From Balanoglossus misakiensis (lineage: Eukaryota > Animalia > Hemichordata): 64,000 nt of DNA. Under the pieces are notes generated by a model. That model was not told the DNA's origin. It searched no databases and worked only from the letters and a program-made list of their open reading frames with translations. Positions 51,901-62,400 of this stretch are shown one piece after another. How positions within the stretch are numbered: position 1 is the stretch's first letter; each line of letters begins with the position of its first letter. Location: contig CM082598.2 of the NCBI GenBank assembly GCA_040954595.2, positions 5,285,097-5,349,096 of the forward strand, in the 5' to 3' direction. A program made the translations under genes and the position numbers.

Positions 51901-53080
51901 TCCTAATAATATTCCAAATGCCAAGTTTTCTGCTTGTCAACAAGTCATGTACATTCTTACCAGCCATTCTTATTGTAGACCAATGCATTCAAGTCCAGAC
52001 TTGACCCCCCCCCTCCCCTCCCCCCTACTCTCTAAAGATTTTAACCATTCTACTCTTGACTTACCACAGGGAACATCTGGGCTTGATGACAAACCCAGGT
52101 GTTGATGTCGACATCACAGACCCAGTGTGCGAGTCTTTCTACAAAGATGTGTGGCTGAGGACAGCACAGCAGAACACAGATATCTATGACAAGGTGAAGT
52201 GTTGTTCTGAAAGACACTATGATCATGATTTTGATATAACACCAGCTTGTCACACATTACGGAGAAATTGGCCAATCAGAGATCAAACTCATCTCACATT
52301 TACCCCATAAGTATCTGGTTTTTAGTCATATGTATACCATAAAAGATGTATGTTGCCAGTTGTCTGTGAATCTTAAAGGGACAAAATCTCTCTCTCGCTA
52401 CCCCTTTTCCATTAATTATTTTTGATACAAGACACTGTTTATATTATTCTACATGTGGATATATAGAGGATGACCATTCAACCACACACAACTTCCATCC
52501 CACTTGTAGACATGAGAGTGAATAACTCGCCAAAATGAATAATCAGTGTTTACCGTTTATTCCTTTTGGCGAGATTTTTACTCTCATATCCTACAAACTG
52601 GATGGAAGTTGTGTGTGGTCGAACGTTGATTCACTATATATTCATATGTACTATAACATAAAAAGTGTCTTGCATCAAACATAAATTAATGGAAAAAAAG
52701 GCAGGGAGAGAGAGACTTTGTCCCTTTAAGGAATCCACACCCGTTTTCCTAGTGTAGCGCTCCACTGACACAGTTGAAAAGAATAGGGTCGCACCATGAC
52801 ATAACCTATCAAAGGTACAACGGAGTATATCTCAGCTGTGTGTTATATTTTACAGGTTTTCCACTGCATTCCCTGCGATCACGTGACGTCGTTCGACGAG
52901 CTGAAGGAATACAAGAGCCGGGAACCGCTGTGCACTTCCAGCCCGGTCGACGCCTTCTCCCAGCTCTCCAAAGTCCAGGGCTTGCTGGTCATGCTGCCGT
53001 TGCAGTTTCTGTGCCAGGAGAATCTGGAGCCCAGTATCGCCACCCAGGAGGGCATCATGCCCACCAAACTGTGGACCTGA
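32323..53080 (+). CDS. PLD1: Phospholipase D, classical PX-PH PLD1/2 type
   Basis: 22 in-frame exons: 32323-32653, 33520-33670, 34058-34186, 34605-34719, 40281-40346, 41306-41364, 42079-42186, 42851-43003, 43436-43579, 44024-44107, 44554-44635, 44968-45078, 46461-46676, 47470-47782, 47982-48100, 48328-48438, 48815-48925, 49126-49214, 49771-49934, 50882-51167, 52070-52193, 52856-53080. Motifs: [28 protein letters not shown] (HKD1), [26 protein letters not shown]...GSANINDRS (HKD2), C-terminal PTKLWT*. The start may be ATG 32323 or 32500. Confidence 0.95.
33288..33498. mobile_element. MITE family C, reverse orientation, ending about 20 bp before the PLD exon 2 acceptor
   Basis: TACTGTAAAACAC...GTGTTTTACAGTA. 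Confidence 0.87.
33834..33905. repeat. (TCTG)n/(CT)n microsatellite
   Basis: Visible tract. Confidence 0.9.
34251..34451. mobile_element. MITE family B, directly abutting a piggyBac-like MITE (34448-34540)
   Basis: Family B body ends at a TTAA shared with CCCTTTCACC...GGTGAAAGGG. Confidence 0.8.
34992..35084. mobile_element. About 85-bp piggyBac-like MITE (family E)
   Basis: TTAA-CCCT.TCACC...GGTGGAAGGG-TTAA; related copies at 34448-34540 and 54516-54608, fragments near 28570 and 42605. Confidence 0.78.
35444..35795. mobile_element. Two family B MITEs adjacent in inverted orientation
   Basis: 35444-35606 (internally deleted) and 35603-35795 (reverse) share the central TTAA. Confidence 0.82.
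37831..38194. mobile_element. MITE family A, full length
   Basis: TTAA-AGGGACAAAGTCTCTCTCTC...GAGAGAGAGACTTTGTCCCT-TTAA. Confidence 0.88.
38633..38946. mobile_element. Double-hairpin non-autonomous element (Crypton-like architecture)
   Basis: Palindrome 38636-38777 (AGCAATAAAACACCCC...GGGGTGTTTTATTGCT), followed by a second inverted pair ATTATATTATGCCAGTATATTGA / TCAATATACTGGTATAATATAAT. Confidence 0.65.
39353..39549. mobile_element. MITE family B, reverse orientation
   Basis: Family B body and TIRs. Confidence 0.85.
39766..39977. mobile_element. MITE family C, well-preserved copy
   Basis: TACTGTAAAACACTTTATTTTCGCGAG...CTCGCGAAAATAAAGTGTTTTACAGTA, perfect TIRs. Confidence 0.9.
40386..40431. 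repeat. (TGAA)n microsatellite
   Basis: Visible tract. Confidence 0.93.
41041..41237. mobile_element. MITE family C
   Basis: Family C body with a damaged left end. Confidence 0.8.
41564..41763. mobile_element. MITE family B, reverse orientation
   Basis: Family B body and TIRs. Confidence 0.85.
42310..42584. mobile_element. MITE family A, left-truncated
   Basis: Ends GAGAGAGAGACTTTGTCCCTTTAA. Confidence 0.8.
43234..43369. mobile_element. MITE family C, internally deleted, reverse orientation
   Basis: Both TIRs are retained. Confidence 0.8.
43661..43832. mobile_element. MITE family A, degenerate deleted copy
   Basis: AAAGGGGCAAAGTCTCTCTCTC...TTTTGTCCCTTT. Confidence 0.7.
45206..46112. mobile_element. 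901-bp non-autonomous PIF/Harbinger-like element
   Basis: TAA target duplication (45206-45208, 46110-46112) and perfect TIR GGGACCGTTCAGTTTTTACGGC, followed by G/C runs. Confidence 0.88.
46223..46394. mobile_element. MITE family B, nested, reverse orientation
   Basis: TTAA-AGGTATACAGTCACC...GGTGACTGTATGCCT-TTAA. Confidence 0.85.
47123..47375. repeat. About 250-bp dispersed repeat; second copy at about 49456-49695
   Basis: Both share TACTATCAATCACGTGATCTGG...GGTATGGTGCCTCATCAGCCTCATGGTG...GAAGTTGCCCGTCA in the same orientation. Confidence 0.8.
47788..47905. repeat. (ACA)n/(TCA)n trinucleotide tract, intronic
   Basis: Follows the PLD donor site at 47783. Confidence 0.9.
50133..50573. mobile_element. 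Double-hairpin non-autonomous element (Crypton-like architecture)
   Basis: Palindrome of about 190 bp centred on CCGAGGCCGCAGGCCGAGG, followed by the inverted pair TTATAATAAACCTCATGCTAA / TTAGCATGAGGTATATTATAA. Confidence 0.65.
50627..50815. mobile_element. MITE family C
   Basis: Family C body with a small deletion. Confidence 0.8.
51195..51387. mobile_element. MITE family B
   Basis: Family B TIRs, TTAA-flanked. Confidence 0.87.
52373..52729. mobile_element. MITE family A, full length
   Basis: TTAA-flanked fold-back. Confidence 0.87.
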
Positions 53081-53095
53081 ATCGGGATGCAAATC

Positions 53096-53278
53096 TACAG
53101 TCAAACCCCTGTTAGTGGCCACCCCTATATAGCGGTCACCTCTATATAGTGGCCACTTTGTTACAGTCCCTGTGCAATTCACATGTGTGTTAATTAACCT
53201 CTATATAAAGGTCACCTGTCTATACAGGCCAGTTTAGGAAAGTCCCTTGACTGGCCACTATAGACAGGTTGGACTGTA
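53096..53278. mobile_element. MITE family D in the PLD 3' UTR
   Basis: Matches 10735-10917 and starts 15 bp after the stop codon. Confidence 0.85.
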
Positions 53279-53427
53279 CAAGACCGTGGATACATAAGAG
53301 AGTGCTGAGCTGTAGTGCAAGAAGCCAGAATCCAAGACTCAGTCTGATTTGACCAGGTTGAACTTGGTGTTTCTGGTTGTTACTGGCCCGCAAATCTTGT
53401 ACTACAAGAGCACTAATATCATTGGTT

Positions 53428-53621
53428 TTAAAGGTATACAGTCATCTCCAATTTACATACGCCCATATGTGGCTGAACTGGCATATTTGAGCGTTCTAAA
53501 GAACATATGGTGGCGCTCTCTTTTTCGCGTGTGCCACCCACTGAAAATCCGTGATTGGCTAGATCTCAAGTTTACCATGGTAACTGTAGCTAAATTTCCA
53601 TAGGTGACCGTATACCTTTAA
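53428..53621. mobile_element. MITE family B
   Basis: Family B body and TIRs. Confidence 0.87.
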
Positions 53622-53840
53622 TTCCAACAGAATCTCCATCTTTTATTATTAAGCCATCAGCTCATTATCCACGCGACCATGGAAAAATTCCCCTCTGTGT
53701 AGACACGATGAAACAGAGAGAATTCGAGGCAGAGAAACTGACATAGTGACAGTGATGTTGTAATTTATACAACTATGAGATTTTCAATGTGAAAGGACGA
53801 TTGAGGGCAGAGTAAGGGAATATTATGCAGCCATTCAGCT

Positions 53841-54051
53841 TACTGTAAAACACTTTATTTTCGCGAGCAATAAACTTTCGCGAAATACGCGAGAGCTAAA
53901 ATAGCGTAAAAATAAAAAGTCGCGTAATTTTTTTTTAAGATAACGATGCAGTGAATGAAATAAGAGAAGGCAAAAATTAATACTCGCGAAACAGTGGTCT
54001 CTCTCGATATCGCGAAAATTACAACTCGCGAAAATAAAGTGTTTTACAGTA
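53841..54051. mobile_element. MITE family C, reverse orientation
   Basis: Perfect TIRs, TA-flanked. Confidence 0.88.
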
Positions 54052-54515
54052 TTTCATTGAAGGCCAGTACACGACACATGATTCTCAATTCTCATCAATT
54101 CACTCAGGACTGTTTGACAGAGTAATATCAATGTAACATGAGAAATATGTTGCTGTGTATTTCACTCCATATTGTGAGCTTAATTTGTTTTTGTGTCAGG
54201 CAAGGACGTTTGCAATGTGTAATAATCCCTTTTTTGTAATCACACTGTTGTTTCTTTTTTGCTCGTTGGACCTCCTGGTGGTTCTATTTTTGATTCCAAT
54301 GTAAAATTAATTTACAATGAAGGTCTATTTAATAGGCAGCCTTTGCTCTCACGTTTTAATTAAACATTGAACTGTTATGTTCGATGAGTGGGTATGTGGT
54401 TCTAGGACAGCTACCCCCTGGACATTTAGCCATCGGACACTTGCCCAAACTCTAGCACTGTCTAAATGGTAATTGACCAGGGGGTGACCATCCAGAAACC
54501 CAGTGTAGTGGTATC

Positions 54516-54608
54516 TTAACCCTTTCATCACCATGGATCAGTCCAAATCCATTGTTTTCTATGGTAAGGTTGGACCTCTAAAAAGGGAACTGGGGGTGGA
54601 AGGGTTAA
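54516..54608. mobile_element. piggyBac-like MITE (family E)
   Basis: TTAA-CCCTTTCA...TGGAAGGG-TTAA. Confidence 0.78.
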
Positions 54609-55450
54609 AAATCCACTGTAATTGTCCAGCCATCTTACAACAGCACGTCAAATTCAGTGATCTGCCATGGTTGTCAGAGAAGATGGCTGTGTACATGTAC
54701 ATGTAAGTACACAATTATTTAATAAAAACTGGTGCTGTATGTTATTTCTTGTAAATATGGTTTTAAAGAAATTGACAAGATGTGTTACAGAAATAGTTCA
54801 TTTTGATACAAGAATGTTTTTAAGGTGTGTGACATCATGAAAGTGGTTACAAACTGCCCTTTTGGGATAATCCCACATAAGGACAATAATTCATGTGTTA
54901 AAAGTCTGTTTATAAATCAAACATTTACTATTTATTTACCGTTCCAAACAGTTTTAATTTATCAAATGATTTCAATTTAACTATATTTTCTTCCAGGTCG
55001 TCTATTCTGGTATATAATTAGTAAATTGATTGATAGAAAGATATTTTATATTAATACATAAACAGGATATTTCAAATCTTCTTGTGCACAAGGAAGAATC
55101 TTTAGAGATAGCATTCACATACCTGTCCTCTTTTAGAATTCAATTCTGCCAAGAAAAATTGTATTGATATGGACTTGGCAACTTCAACTTTTTTCTTGTG
55201 TCCACCACTCTGTAACATATCACAAAACAAACTTTAGAGAAGACAAGGCTACCCCCTTTCAGTATTTTAGTCTTCCAGTTATAAAAAATGCCAAGAACCT
55301 AAGTCAAATGTTTTACAAGATATGTTTCTTTATCAAAGTTGTACAAGTTTTGACTGTGATAACAAGATTTACCATGTACATTGTAAATATTTTGGTGAAT
55401 GGGTAAATATAACTTACAATGTTTTAAGAGAAGCTGTCTGTGATTTAAAT

Positions 55451-55496
55451 TGTGTGTGTGTCTGTGTGTGTGTGTTTGTCTGTGTGTGTATGTTTG

Positions 55497-55586
<90 letters not shown>
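55451..55586. repeat. (TG)n microsatellite
   Basis: Visible tract. Confidence 0.95.
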
Positions 55587-55587
<1 letters not shown>

Positions 55588-55708
55588 TACATACAGTTTC
55601 ACTTACGTGGACATTTAAATAATAACACATGTTAGCGAGGGCAATATCATGATCTTTGGCCTGCTCGAGGGATGGTGATCTCTGACCATAATATTGATGA
55701 TGCCCGAT

Positions 55709-56409
55709 CTATAACCCATGAAAAATGTCCGAAAATGACAAAATTACCGATGTCGCGAAATTCTCGTTTTTCGTCAATTTTCATGAGCTATAGCCCATGA
55801 AAGAAATTCATGAGCTATAACCCATGAAAAATGTCCGAAAATGACAAAATCACCAATGTCGCGAAATTCTCGTTTTCCGTCAATTTTCATGAGCTATAAC
55901 CCATGAAAGAAATTCATGAGCTATAACCCAGGAAAAATGTCCGAAAATGACAAAATTACCAATGTCGCTAAATTCTCGTTTTTCGTCAATTTTCATGAGC
56001 TATAGCCCATGAAAGAAATTCATGAGCTATAACCCATGAAAAATGTCCGAAAATGACAAAATTACCGATGTCGCGAAATTCTCGTTTTCCGTCAATTTTC
56101 ATGAGCTATAGCCCATGAAAGAAATTCATGAGCTATAACCCATGAAAAATGTCCGAAAATGACAAAATTACCAATGTCGCTAAATTCTCGTTTTCCGTCA
56201 ATTTTCATGAGCTATAGCCCATGAAAAAAAATTCATGAGCTATAACCCATGAAAGAAATTCATGAGCTATAACCCATGAAAGAAATTCATGAGCTATAAC
56301 CCATGAAAGAAATTCATGAGCTATAACCCATGAAAAATGTCCGAAAATGACAAAATTACCGATGTCGCGAAATACTCGTTTTCCATCAATTTTCATGAGC
56401 TATAGCCCA
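55709..56409. repeat. Satellite I: 106-bp unit made of a 79-bp and a 27-bp subunit
   Basis: Units start at 55711, 55817, 55923 and so on. The 27-mer ATAACCCATGAAAGAAATTCATGAGCT is tandemly expanded about 4 times near 56215-56325. Confidence 0.93.
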
Positions 56410-56412
56410 GAT

Positions 56413-59400
56413 TATGACCAAATTTTCATAATTCGCAGAGTCGAAAAATCGTCTATTTTGGATGATTTTCATGGGCTATAACCCATGGTTTTTATCAAAA
56501 AATGACCAAATTTTCATAATTCGCAAAGTCGAAAAATCGTCGATTTTGGATGTTTTTCATGGGCTATAACTCATGGTTTTTATCAAAAAATGACCAAATT
56601 TTCACAATTCGCAGAGTCGAAAAATCGACGATTTTGGACGATTTTCATGGGCTATAACCCATGGTTTTTATCAAAAAATGACCAAATTTTCATAATTCGC
56701 AAAGTCGAAAAATCGTCGATTTTGGATGTTTTTCATGGGCTATAACTCATGGTTTTTATCAAAAAATGACCAAATTTTCACAATTCGCAGAGTCGAAAAA
56801 TCGACGATTTTGGACGATTTTCATGGGCTATAACCCATGGTTTTTATCAAAAAATGACCAAATTTTCATAATTCGCAAAGTCGAAAAATCGTCGATTTTG
56901 GACGATTTTCATGGGCTATAACCCATGCTTTTTATCAAAAAATGACCAAATTTTCGAAATTCACAGAGTCGAAAAATCGACGATTTTGGACGATTTTCAT
57001 GGGCTATAACCCATGGTTTTTATCAAAAAATGACCAAATTTTCATAATTCGCAGAGTCGAAAAATCGACGATTTTGGACGATTTTCATGGGCTATAACCC
57101 ATGGTTTTTATCAAAAAATGACCAAATTTTCACAATTCGCAAAGTCGAAAAATCGTCGATTTTGGATGTTTTTCATGGGCTATAACTCATGGTTTTTATC
57201 AAAAAATGACCAAATTTTCACAATTCGCAGAGTCGAAAAATCGACGATTTTGGACGATTTTCATGGGCTATAACCCATGGTTTTTATCAAAAAAATGACC
57301 AAATTTTCACAATTCGCAAAGTCGAAAAATCGTCGATTTTGGACGATTTTCATGGGCTATAACCCATGGTTTTTATCAAAAAATGACCAAATTTTCATTA
57401 TTCGCAAAGTCGAAAAATCGTCGATTTTCGACGATTTTCATGGGCTATAACCCATGGTTTTTATCAAAAAATGACCAAATTTTCATAATTCGCAAAGTCG
57501 AAAAATCGTCGATTTTGGACGATTTTCATGGGCTATAACCCATGGTTTTTATCAAAAAATGACCAAATTTTCATTATTCGCAAAGTCGAAAAATCGTCAA
57601 TTTTCGACGATTTTCATGGGCTATAACCCATGGTTTTTATCAAAAAATGACCAAATTTTCATAATTCGCAAAGTCGAAAAATCGTCGATTTTGGACGATT
57701 TTCATGGGCTATAACCCATGCTTTTTATCAAAAAATGACCAAATTTTCGAAATTCGCAGAGTCGAAAAATCGACGATTTTGGACGATTTTCATGGGCTAT
57801 AACCCATGGTTTTTTTCAAAAAATGACCAAATTTTCATAATTCGCAGAGTCGAAAAATCGACGATTTTGGACGATTTTCATGGGCTATAACCCATGGTTT
57901 TTATCAAAAAATGACCAAATTTTCACAATTCGCAAAGTCGAAAAATCGTCGATTTTGGATGTTTTTCATGGGCTATAACTCATGGTTTTTATCAAAAAAT
58001 GACCAAATTTTCACAATTCGTAGAGTCGAAAAATCGACGATTTTGGACGATTTTCATGGGCTATAACCCATGGTTTTTATCAAAAAATGACCAAATTTTC
58101 ATTATTCGCAAAGTCGAAAAATCGTCGATTTTGGACGATTTTCGTGGGCTATAACCCATGGTTTTTATCAAAAAATGACCAAATTTTCATAATTCGCAAA
58201 GTCGAAAAATCGTCGATTTTGGACGATTTTCATGGGCTATAACCCATGCTTTTTATGAAAAAATGACCAAATTTTCATAAACCCATGGTTTTTATCAAAA
58301 AATGACCAAATTTTCATTATTCGCAAAGTCGAAAAATCGTCGATTTTCGACGATTTTCATGGGCTATAACCCATGGTTTTTATCAAAAAATGACCAAATT
58401 TTCATAATTCGTAAAGTCGAAAAATCGTCGATTTTGGACGATTTTCATGGGCTATAACCCATGCTTTTTATCAAAAAATGACCAAATTTTCGAAATTCGC
58501 AGAGTCGAAAAATCGACGATTTTGGACGATTTTCATGGGCTATAACCCATGGTTTTTATCAAAAAATGACCAAATTTTCATAATTCGCAGAGTCGAAAAA
58601 TCGACGATTTTGGACGATTTTCATGGGCTATAACCCATGGTTTTTATCAAAAAATGACCAAATTTTCACAATTCGCAAAGTCGAAAAATCGTCGATTTTG
58701 GATGTTTTTCATGGGCTATAACTCATGGTTTTTATCAAAAAATGACCAAATTTTCACAATTCGCAGAGTCGAAAAATCGACGATTTTGGACGATTTTCAT
58801 GGGCTATAACCCATGGTTTTTATCAAAAAATGACCAAATTTTCACAATTCGCAAAGTCGAAAAATCGTCGATTTTGGACGATTTTCATGGGCTATAACCC
58901 ATGGTTTTTATCAAAAAATGACCAAATTTTCATTATTCGCAAAGTCGAAAAATCGTCGATTTTCGACGATTTTCATGGGCTATAACCCATGGTTTTTATC
59001 AAAAAATGACCAAATTTTCATAATTCGCAAAGTCGAAAAATCGTCGATTTTGGACGATTTTCATGGGCTATAACCCATGGTTTTTATCAAAAAATGACCA
59101 AATTTTCATTATTCGCAAAGTCGAAAAATCGTCAATTTTCGACGATTTTCATGGGCTATAACCCATGGTTTTTATCAAAAAATGACCAAATTTTCATAAT
59201 TCGCAAAGTCGAAAAATCGTCGATTTTGGACGATTTTCATGGGCTATAACCCATGCTTTTTATCAAAAAATGACCAAATTTTCGAAATTCGCAGAGTCGA
59301 AAAATCGACGATTTTGGACGATTTTCATGGGCTATAACCCATGGTTTTTATCAAAAAATGACCAAATTTTCATAATTCGCAGAGTCGAAAAATCGACGAT

Positions 59401-62400
59401 TTTGGACGATTTTCATGGGCTATAACCCATGGTTTTTATCAAAAAATGACCAAATTTTCACAATTCGCAAAGTCGAAAAATCGTCGATTTTGGATGTTTT
59501 TCATGGGCTATAACTCATGGTTTTTATCAAAAAATGACCAAATTTTCACAATTCGCAGAGTCGAAAAATCGACGATTTTGGACGATTTTCATGGGCTATA
59601 ACCCATGGTTTTTATCAAAAAAATGACCAAATTTTCACAATTCGCTAAGTCGAAAAATCGTCGATTTTGGACGATTTTCATGGGCTATAACCCATGGTTT
59701 TTATCAAAAAATGACCAAATTTTCATAATTCGCAGAGTCGAAAAATCGTCGATTTGGACGATTTTCATGGGCTATAACCCATGGTTTTTATCAAAAAAAT
59801 GACCAAATTTTCACAATTCGCTAAGTCGAAAAATCGTCGATTTTGGACGATTTTCATGGGCTATAACCCATGGTTTTTATCAAAAAATGACCAAATTTTC
59901 ATTATTCCCAAAGTCGAAAAATCGTCGATTTTGGACGATTTTCATGGGCTATAACCCATGGTTTTTATCAAAAAATGACCAAATTTTCATAATTCGCAAA
60001 GTCGAAAAATCGTCGATTTTGGACGATTTTCATGGGCTATAACCCATGGTTTTTATCAAAAAATGACCAAATTTTCATAATTCGCAAAGTCGAAAAATCG
60101 TCGATTTTGGACGATTTTCATGGGCTATAACCCATGGTTTTTATCAAAAAATGACCAAATTTTCATAATTCGCAAAGTCGAAAAATCGTCGATTTTGGAC
60201 GATTTTCATGGGCTATAACCCATGGTTTTTATCAAAAAATGACCAAATTTTCATAATTCGCAAAGTCGAAAAATCGTCGATTTTGGACGATTTTCATGGG
60301 CTATAACCCATGGTTTTTATCAAAAAATGACCAAATTTTCATAATTCGCAAAGTCGAAAAATCGTCGATTTTGGATGTTTTTCATGGGCTATAACTCATG
60401 GTTTTTATCAAAAAATGACCAAATTTTCACAATTCGCAGAGTCGAAAAATCGACGATTTTGGACGATTTTCATGGGCTATAACCCATGGTTTTTATCAAA
60501 AAATGACCAAATTTTCACAATTCGCTAAGTCGAAAAATCGTCGATTTTGGACGATTTTCATGGGCTATAACCCATGGTTTTTATCAAAAAATGACCAAAT
60601 TTTCATAATTCGCAGAGTCGAAAAATCGTTGATTTGGACGATTTTCATGGGCTATAACCCATGGTTTTTATCAAAAAAATGACCAAATTTTCACAATTCG
60701 CTAAGTCGAAAAATCGTCGATTTTGGACGATTTTCATGGGCTATAACCCATGGTTTTTATCAAAAAATAACCAAATTTTCATTATTCCCAAAGTCGAAAA
60801 ATCGTCGATTTTGGACGATTTTCATGGGCTATAACCCATGGTTTTTATCAAAAAATGACCAAATTTTCATAATTCGCAAAGTCGAAAAATCGTCGATTTT
60901 GGACGATTTTCATGGGCTATAACCCATGGTTTTTATCAAAAAATGACCAAATTTTCATAATTCGCAAAGTCGAAAAATCGTCGATTTTGGACGATTTTCA
61001 TGGGCTATAACCCATGGTTTTTATCAAAAAATGACCAAATTTTCACAATTCGCAAAGTCGAAAAATCGTCGATTTTGGACGATTTTCATAGGCTATAACC
61101 CATGGTTTTTATCAAAAAATGACCAAATTTTCATAATTCGCAAAGTCGAAAAATCGTCGATTTTGGACGATTTTCATGGGCTATAACCCATGGTTTTTAT
61201 CAAAAAATGACCAAATTTTCATAATTCGCAAAGTCGAAAAATCGTCGATTTTGGACGATTTTCATGGGCTATAACCCATGGTTTTTATCAAAAAATGACC
61301 AAATTTTCATAATTCGCAAAGTCGAAAAATCGTCGATTTTGGACGATTTTCATGGGCTATAACCCATGGTTTTTATCAAAAAATGACCAAATTTTCATAA
61401 TTCGCAAAGTCGAAAAATCGTCGATTTTGGACGATTTTCATGGGCTATAACCCATGGTTTTTATCAAAAAATGACCAAATTTTCATAATTCGCAAAGTCG
61501 AAAAATCGTCGATTTTGGACGATTTTCATGGGCTATAACTCATGGTTTTTATCAAAAAATGACCAAATTTTCATAATTCGCAAAGTCGAAAAATCGTCGA
61601 TTTTGGACGATTTTCATGGGCTATAACCCATGGTTTTTATCAAAAAATGACCAAATTTTCATAATTCGCAAAGTCGAAAAATCGTCGATTTTGGACGATT
61701 TTCATGGGCTATAACCCATGGTTTTTATCAAAAAATGACAAAATTTTCATAATTCGCAAAGTCGAAAAATCGTCGATTTTGGACGATTTTCATGGGCTAT
61801 AACCCATGGTTTTCATCAAAAAATGACCAAATTTTCATAATTCGCAAAGTCGAAATATCGTCGATTTTGGACGATTTTCATGGGCTATAACCCATGGTTT
61901 TTATCAAAAAATGACCAAATTTTCATTATTCGCAAAGTCGAAAAATCGTCGATTTTGGACGATTTTCATGGGCTATAACCCATGGTTTTTATCAAAAAAT
62001 GACCAAATTTTCATTAGTCGCAAAGTCGAAAAATCGTCGATTTTGGACGATTTTCATGGGCTATAACCCATGGTTTTTATCAAAAAATGACCAAATTTTC
62101 ATAATTCGCAAAGTCGAAAAATCGTCGATTTTGGACGATTTTCATGGGCTATAACCCATGGTTTTAATCAAAAAATGACCAAATTTTCATAATTCGCAGA
62201 GTCCAAAAATCGTCGATTTTGGACGATTTTCATGGGCTATAACCCATGGTTTTTATCAAAAAATGACAAAATTTTCCTAATTCGCAAAGTCGAAAAATCG
62301 TCGATTTTGGACGATTTTCATGGGCTATAACCCATGGTTTTTATCAAAAAATGACCAAATTTTCATTATTCGCAAAGTCGAAAAATCGTCGATTTTGGAC

